The position numbers and the translations under genes were made by a program. From the human T2T-CHM13v2.0 reference genome, Homo sapiens, in the NCBI RefSeq assembly GCF_009914755.1, contig NC_060940.1: a DNA stretch of 64,000 nt, one strand, 5' to 3'. The notes below the pieces were generated by a model. That model was given only the letters and a program-made list of their open reading frames with translations. It was not told the DNA's origin and ran no database searches. Position 1 is the first letter of the stretch; each line of letters starts with the position of its first letter. Shown piece by piece: positions 55,510 to 64,000 of this stretch.

Positions 55510-56215
55510 AATTATAACCACAGCTAACACTATGTACCAGTCACAGTGGTAAGGACTTTATATGGATTAACTCATTTAATCTTTGCAACAATCTGATGAG
55601 ATAGTTACTACTATCATCCCATTTTCCAGATGAGAAAACTAAAGTCAGATGCCCTGCTCAAGGTCATACAGCTAGTAAGAAGTAGGAAATTACATAGAGT
55701 TGTCCTCAGCACTGAGTTTCACCTCACCCTGGACTCTACCTGTTTCAGCTGGTAGCATCCATACCAGGTTGATGCTGTTCCTAAGAACAGGAACCTGTCA
55801 AACCCTGGGTGTCTTTAGAAAACAAGGAAAGGAGACAGAAGGGAAAGCAAGAAAGGATGTTCTCTAGATGGGATGCCTGCATGAGCACAGCCTCACTGAG
55901 AAAATGGTGAGGGCAGCAAATCACAGGAAGATGCCTGGCTGTTTTGGAGAGATGGCAGGCAAAAAAAAGAAAAAAAAAGGAGACAGGTAAGCATTTGGGC
56001 TGTGGAATCATACAAAGCTATGTGACTTGAGTAAATTACTTAACCTCTCTGAACTTCAATTCCATCATCTATAAAAGGGGAATAAAAGAGATAACATCTC
56101 AGGATGGTAGAAAGGATTAAACGATAAAATACATATCAAGTGCTTCACCTACTAGATGTGCTTAACATGCTTAACATATCTAGTGCCTGACACCTAGAAA
56201 GCAATAGCAATACAT
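55510..56215. mobile_element. Two MIR copies (- at ~55510-55690, + at ~56010-56215)
   Basis: ctcatttaatct..cccattttccagatgagaaaact..aaggtcatacagctagtaag; tgtgacttgagtaaattacttaacctctctg. Confidence 0.75.
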
Positions 56216-56306
56216 GATGATCATGGGTCTCTTCCTTAACCATGACCAAAAAAGAAAAAAGAAAGACAGATGCTGTCTTCCAAAATTGTTTTAAAATTTA
56301 TTTTTT

Positions 56307-56600
<294 letters not shown>

Positions 56601-56636
56601 TTTTAAAAAACTATTTTTAACAAAATAAAAAAAAAA

Positions 56637-56677
<41 letters not shown>

Positions 56678-56680
56678 TAT
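56637..56680. repeat. (TA)n(CA)n microsatellite
   Basis: compound dinucleotide run. Confidence 0.9.
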
Positions 56681-56699
56681 AGTCTGAAAAAGCCAAGCA

Positions 56700-58990
<2,291 letters not shown>

Positions 58991-59652
58991 CATGTTTCTG
59001 AGTTACATCTTCTTAGGAGATGCTTTTTGGCAAAGCATTTCCATCCTATCATTGGGGTGTTTCCTCTCTGGAATGCTAACAAATGATCATCACTGATTTA
59101 TCCAGTGCAATATCAGAGGAGGGAAAAGCAACCAGACAGTGTAAACCCTTCAATAAAGCACCAGACACACTGTGATTAAAATGCACTCAGGAATCTGTAT
59201 GGTGGGTGCAAGCACGGATCAACCTCAGCAAGCGGCCCCATGCGTCCCATTTTGGATGACTGAAGAAAACTGATGGCAACAATATAAGTACTGTTCAGCT
59301 GTCCAGGATGTTCCATGGCCTGGCATGTTCTGTGGCTCCTGGTTGCATCCTCTCTAAAATCCTCATGCCACCATTAACAATTTGGGTGAGACCTGGATTC
59401 ATTAGGTATTCAAACAGCATTTGTTTAGTCCTAGGAATGAAGGGAAATAAGTTTCATGTAGCTTCATCTTAATGAAAGTTTATTATGTGGTAAATCTGAT
59501 GTAATTTCAGGGGCTTGCCGCCTTGAATGATGGATGCACTATCTGGCATAGGAATCATAAGAAGTGACTTCATAATGTACTCACCACAAATCCCAACACT
59601 GGATAGGCCTACTCTATAAATTTTCTGCCTAAACACTGTCACTGTTTTCTTA

Positions 59653-59654
<2 letters not shown>

Positions 59655-59702
<48 letters not shown>

Positions 59703-59722
59703 GAGAGAGAGAGAGAGAGAGA
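59655..59722. repeat. (GT)n(GA)n microsatellite
   Basis: compound run. Confidence 0.95.
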
Positions 59723-59756
59723 ATGTAGGGGAATGCACATCATTCTGTCCAGTTTT

Positions 59757-60220
59757 TGTATCGGTCAGGGCCCAGCAGGAAGCAATTCACACGCATTCCA
59801 CTGGGGTAGCTGAAGAGAGTTTAACAAAGGGACTGTTTGCAGAGGTGCAAGCTGAGTTTAAGGAAACCCAGAAGGAACAGTGGAGCACTCTGGGAGCTAA
59901 AAAACAACATGGTGCCCTCACCACCGCTAGATCTGAAGGTGCCACCAGAACCTGGCAAGAACAGTAGCTGTAGGAGAAGGTGGCACACAGGAGCTGTAGG
60001 CTTCAGTAGAGAAAGACAACCAATTCTGAGCCAGGTAGGGAAGAACCAGAGTAAAATACCACGACCTCACTCTCCTCCTGCCTTCCATTCTTCTGCTGAG
60101 CACTCTTATTGGACAAACCAAAGTAGAAACTAAATGGCAAAGGAAGGTAGCATTCAGTGGATAAAGGTCATCCCCTGGGCTTGGAGAGAATAGTAGAGAG
60201 GGCAAAACACCCAGCACAGG
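59757..60220 (-). mobile_element. LTR41-like LTR
   Basis: tgtatcggtcagggcccagcaggaagca..gagagtttaacaaagggact..ctagatctgaagg. Confidence 0.6.
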
Positions 60221-60594
60221 TTTATATAAGAGACTTCGTGTCCTTGGACTCCTCAGAAGAAATAGAAGTGATCGTGTCAGGGTTGGGGGTAGGTGAATAC
60301 CCAAATTATTATACAAAGTGACTTCACAACAGACTTCTCTTGTTATCATGCCTCACATCATTACTCTTGTGTGTTGTATGTCTGCTCTGCCCATTAGGTC
60401 GTAAGTTCTGGGAGAGCAGAGGTTATGCTTTTTAGTATCCCCAGCCCAGTGCTTAGCACGCAGACAACTAGTAACAACTGAATTGAAAGAAATCACACAA
60501 ATCATAAATCACCTCAGTTTCTCTATCTACAAAATGGGAATGTAGGGGAATAGGAAAATATATATATATCTATATATAGATATATCTATATATA

Positions 60595-60879
60595 GATCAT
60601 GAGGTCAGGAAATAGAGACCATCCTGGCTAACGTGGTGAAACCCCATCTCTACTAAAAATGCAAAAAATTAGCTGGGTGTGCCGGCACGTGCCTGTAGTC
60701 CCAGCTACTCGGGAGGCTGAGGCAGGAGATCCGCCCACCTTGGCCTCCCAAAGTGCTGGGATTACAGGTGTGAGCCACACATGGGATCTGATTTTGGCAT
60801 GTCTATAATAGTAGCGGTAAAAATAACAATAATATTTGCAATTCCTTCTAGCACTTTTATTCCAGACAACAGTGTGTTT
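60595..60879. other. Three-segment locally templated insertion (inverted/direct/inverted)
   Basis: 60595-60729 = revcomp of 61131-61265; 60728-60778 = direct copy of 61262-61312; 60775-60879 = revcomp of 61384-61488. Confidence 0.9.
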
Positions 60880-60926
60880 ATGTATCTATATATAGATATC
60901 TTATATATATCATATATATCTTATAA

Positions 60927-61322
<396 letters not shown>

Positions 61323-61764
61323 TGGGAAAAGATATTAAACTTCATGACATAACTGATTTCAAAGGCTGTAATCTGTAGGTTCAAAACACACTGATGTCTG
61401 GAATAAAAGTGCTAGAAGGAATTGCAAATATTATTATTATTTTTACCGCTAGTATTACAGATATGTCAAAATCAGATCCTATGTGTGGGGTGCTTTTAGA
61501 TCACAGCAGAGGGGCAGATATGTAATAAATACGTTGCCAGGCAGCAATTGTACAGTCAAACCGTATCCAGTCAACAGAATGTGCTTCTTGGGCTTCAAAA
61601 ATTTCTCTCTCTCTCTTTCTAAAATGGACACTCAAGCCCCGGGCTACATAACCACTGAGGTTTTATTATAAAATACATTTCAAAATAATGGTTCCAAGTC
61701 CTGGAAGCAGAGAAGAAGATGAAAAAGGAGAAGTAAACAAGGCCTTTTTCTCCTACTAAATGAT

Positions 61765-61935
61765 AAATTCAAAGCAGCACTTTGCCGTTCTGCCTCATTT
61801 ATTATCGCATTGCACTCTCGCCGCTGGAGTTAAGGTTGTGTCAGCGTTTCCATTATAAACCCCTATTTTCAAGGGTTTATAATTCAGCCATAAAAATTTG
61901 CTCCAGGCTGAAACTTGCCATGCAAAAGGTCTCAT
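61765..61935. mobile_element. Ancient conserved repeat, MER121-like
   Basis: gcagcactttgccgttctgcctcatttatt..tgtcagcgtttccattataaacccctattttcaagggtttataa..gctgaaacttgccatgca; family name from memory. Confidence 0.6.
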
Positions 61936-62809
61936 TGTAGGACCAAACTTAGGGACAAATTTAGAGGAGGGAGAATTGGGTTGGCTGTTCTGAGGTTAAA
62001 AATAGTAACAAAAAAATTGTCCTAATTGTTGGCACTTCTCTCAAATTCAGAATGTATCCTGGATCTTACAGGGATCTGAAACATCAAAAGGGGATAAAAA
62101 GGGAGTGTCTTTTTTTTTTTTTCATTTTTGGAAACCGTCATTATAGAGAAAAAGTGGCACTAGATACAGTTGTCTATTAAAAACCAACTTACAACATATA
62201 TTCTTGCATCTGCAATTTACACATTGCTACTGGTTTACAAAAGTGGGTATCTGTTCTGTGCTTGTTTTTTATAAAAACTCTTGTAAAATGTGAAAAGGTG
62301 GATGCTTATGACTCAGCCACTGAGAGCTAAGCAATTTCAACTTTAAACATTATTTTCTGCCATTTCTCCTCTCTTTCCACCTCAAAGGGTATAATCTGCA
62401 AAGTAACTTTCTTCCTTTTATTGTCCCAACTCCAGAGATGTTCTAGGTGCTTTCTGTGGCATCACTTTGCCCTTGAGTACACTTGAGTTCCAAATGCAAG
62501 GCTGGTGGCCTTATTCTGGTGATGGTTGCCAATCTTCATGGAAATTTTATTTTGTTGGCATGTGAAGCTGCATCCTAACCATCATTAGATGGACACTGAG
62601 CCATGGGCTGTTGAGTTTTGTGCACCAAAGTTGCTCAGCAGAAATTACAAAGTTCCCTGGAAAATGAGAAACTCAAGTTTGCCTTGGCATCTTCCACCAG
62701 TCAGAACTGGAACGTGCCCACACATTCCTCACCAGAGTAGAGCGGCTTCCTGAGGTCACCAGTTTCAGGTACAATTCTTGTTGTGCTTACCTTCCACTCC
62801 AACCTCAGG

Positions 62810-63121
<312 letters not shown>

Positions 63122-63161
63122 TGACTGGCAGAGTCCCAAGCTTGACGCCAAATGTATAGAT

Positions 63162-63641
<480 letters not shown>

Positions 63642-63789
63642 GTTTAGAACTTTCAAATATGTATTAATGAAAATAAATGAGTGTTATAGTATGCTAAATG
63701 GCATAGTATTCTCAAGTATTGTCTTCTCCAGGCCTTTCAAAGTATGAAGCCATTCAAGCTTACAGAGCCTTCATAGTAGTATAATGATT

Positions 63790-63900
63790 CGTAGTTTACA
63801 GATGGGAAAATTAAGAGCAAGAACTTTGTCTAATGCCTGGTGATAAATCAATGGCAGAGCCAGAATGAAGAATCAAAATTCCAGACTCCTAATTCTACCA
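63790..63900 (-). mobile_element. MIR fragment
   Basis: tttacagatgggaaaattaag..aatggcagagccagaat..ccagactcctaattc. Confidence 0.6.
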
Positions 63901-64000
63901 TCCAGGTGTGTTCTGACCTGTGCTGGCCAACTAGCCATTCTTCATAAGATTAAATAACAACATATGCTGCCCACAGATGATTTAAAATAGAATCATGATG

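Noticed and set aside
61503-61517. CTCF-like acagcagaggggcag
   Set aside because: An extra G breaks the invariant GGC register of the core.

Overview
Non-coding anthropoid primate (probably human) DNA. I find no supportable protein-coding gene, tRNA, rRNA or CRISPR array; the listed ORFs are chance frames, repeat read-throughs or broken L1 ORF2 pieces. A large part of the window is interspersed repeats: about 18 Alus (J and S types, many with visible TSDs), a 3.1-kb 5'-truncated L1PA, old L1M/L2/CR1/MIR fragments, solo LTRs (THE1, MER41, MLT1/2, LTR16/33/41) and DNA-transposon fossils (hAT-Blackjack, MER1B, MER3, MER5A, MER20, MER53, MER58A, MADE1, Tigger4). Several repeat-free blocks rich in CpG and homeodomain/GATA motifs, plus a MER121-like element, suggest a gene desert or large intron near a developmental gene (inference). 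The most unusual directly visible structures are: (1) a three-segment, microhomology-joined templated insertion inside an Alu tail (60595-60879); (2) a short orphan retro-insertion with AATAAA, poly(A), TSD and three AP-1 sites (7036-7225); (3) a duplicated ~130-bp palindrome-containing module (1704-1836 / 3903-4031) bracketing a TGTCA motif cluster; (4) a near-perfect 27-bp triplication inside the old L1. Repeat family names come from my recollection of consensus sequences and need RepeatMasker/Dfam confirmation; ancient-repeat boundaries are approximate. I cannot support a claim of a new biological system here.
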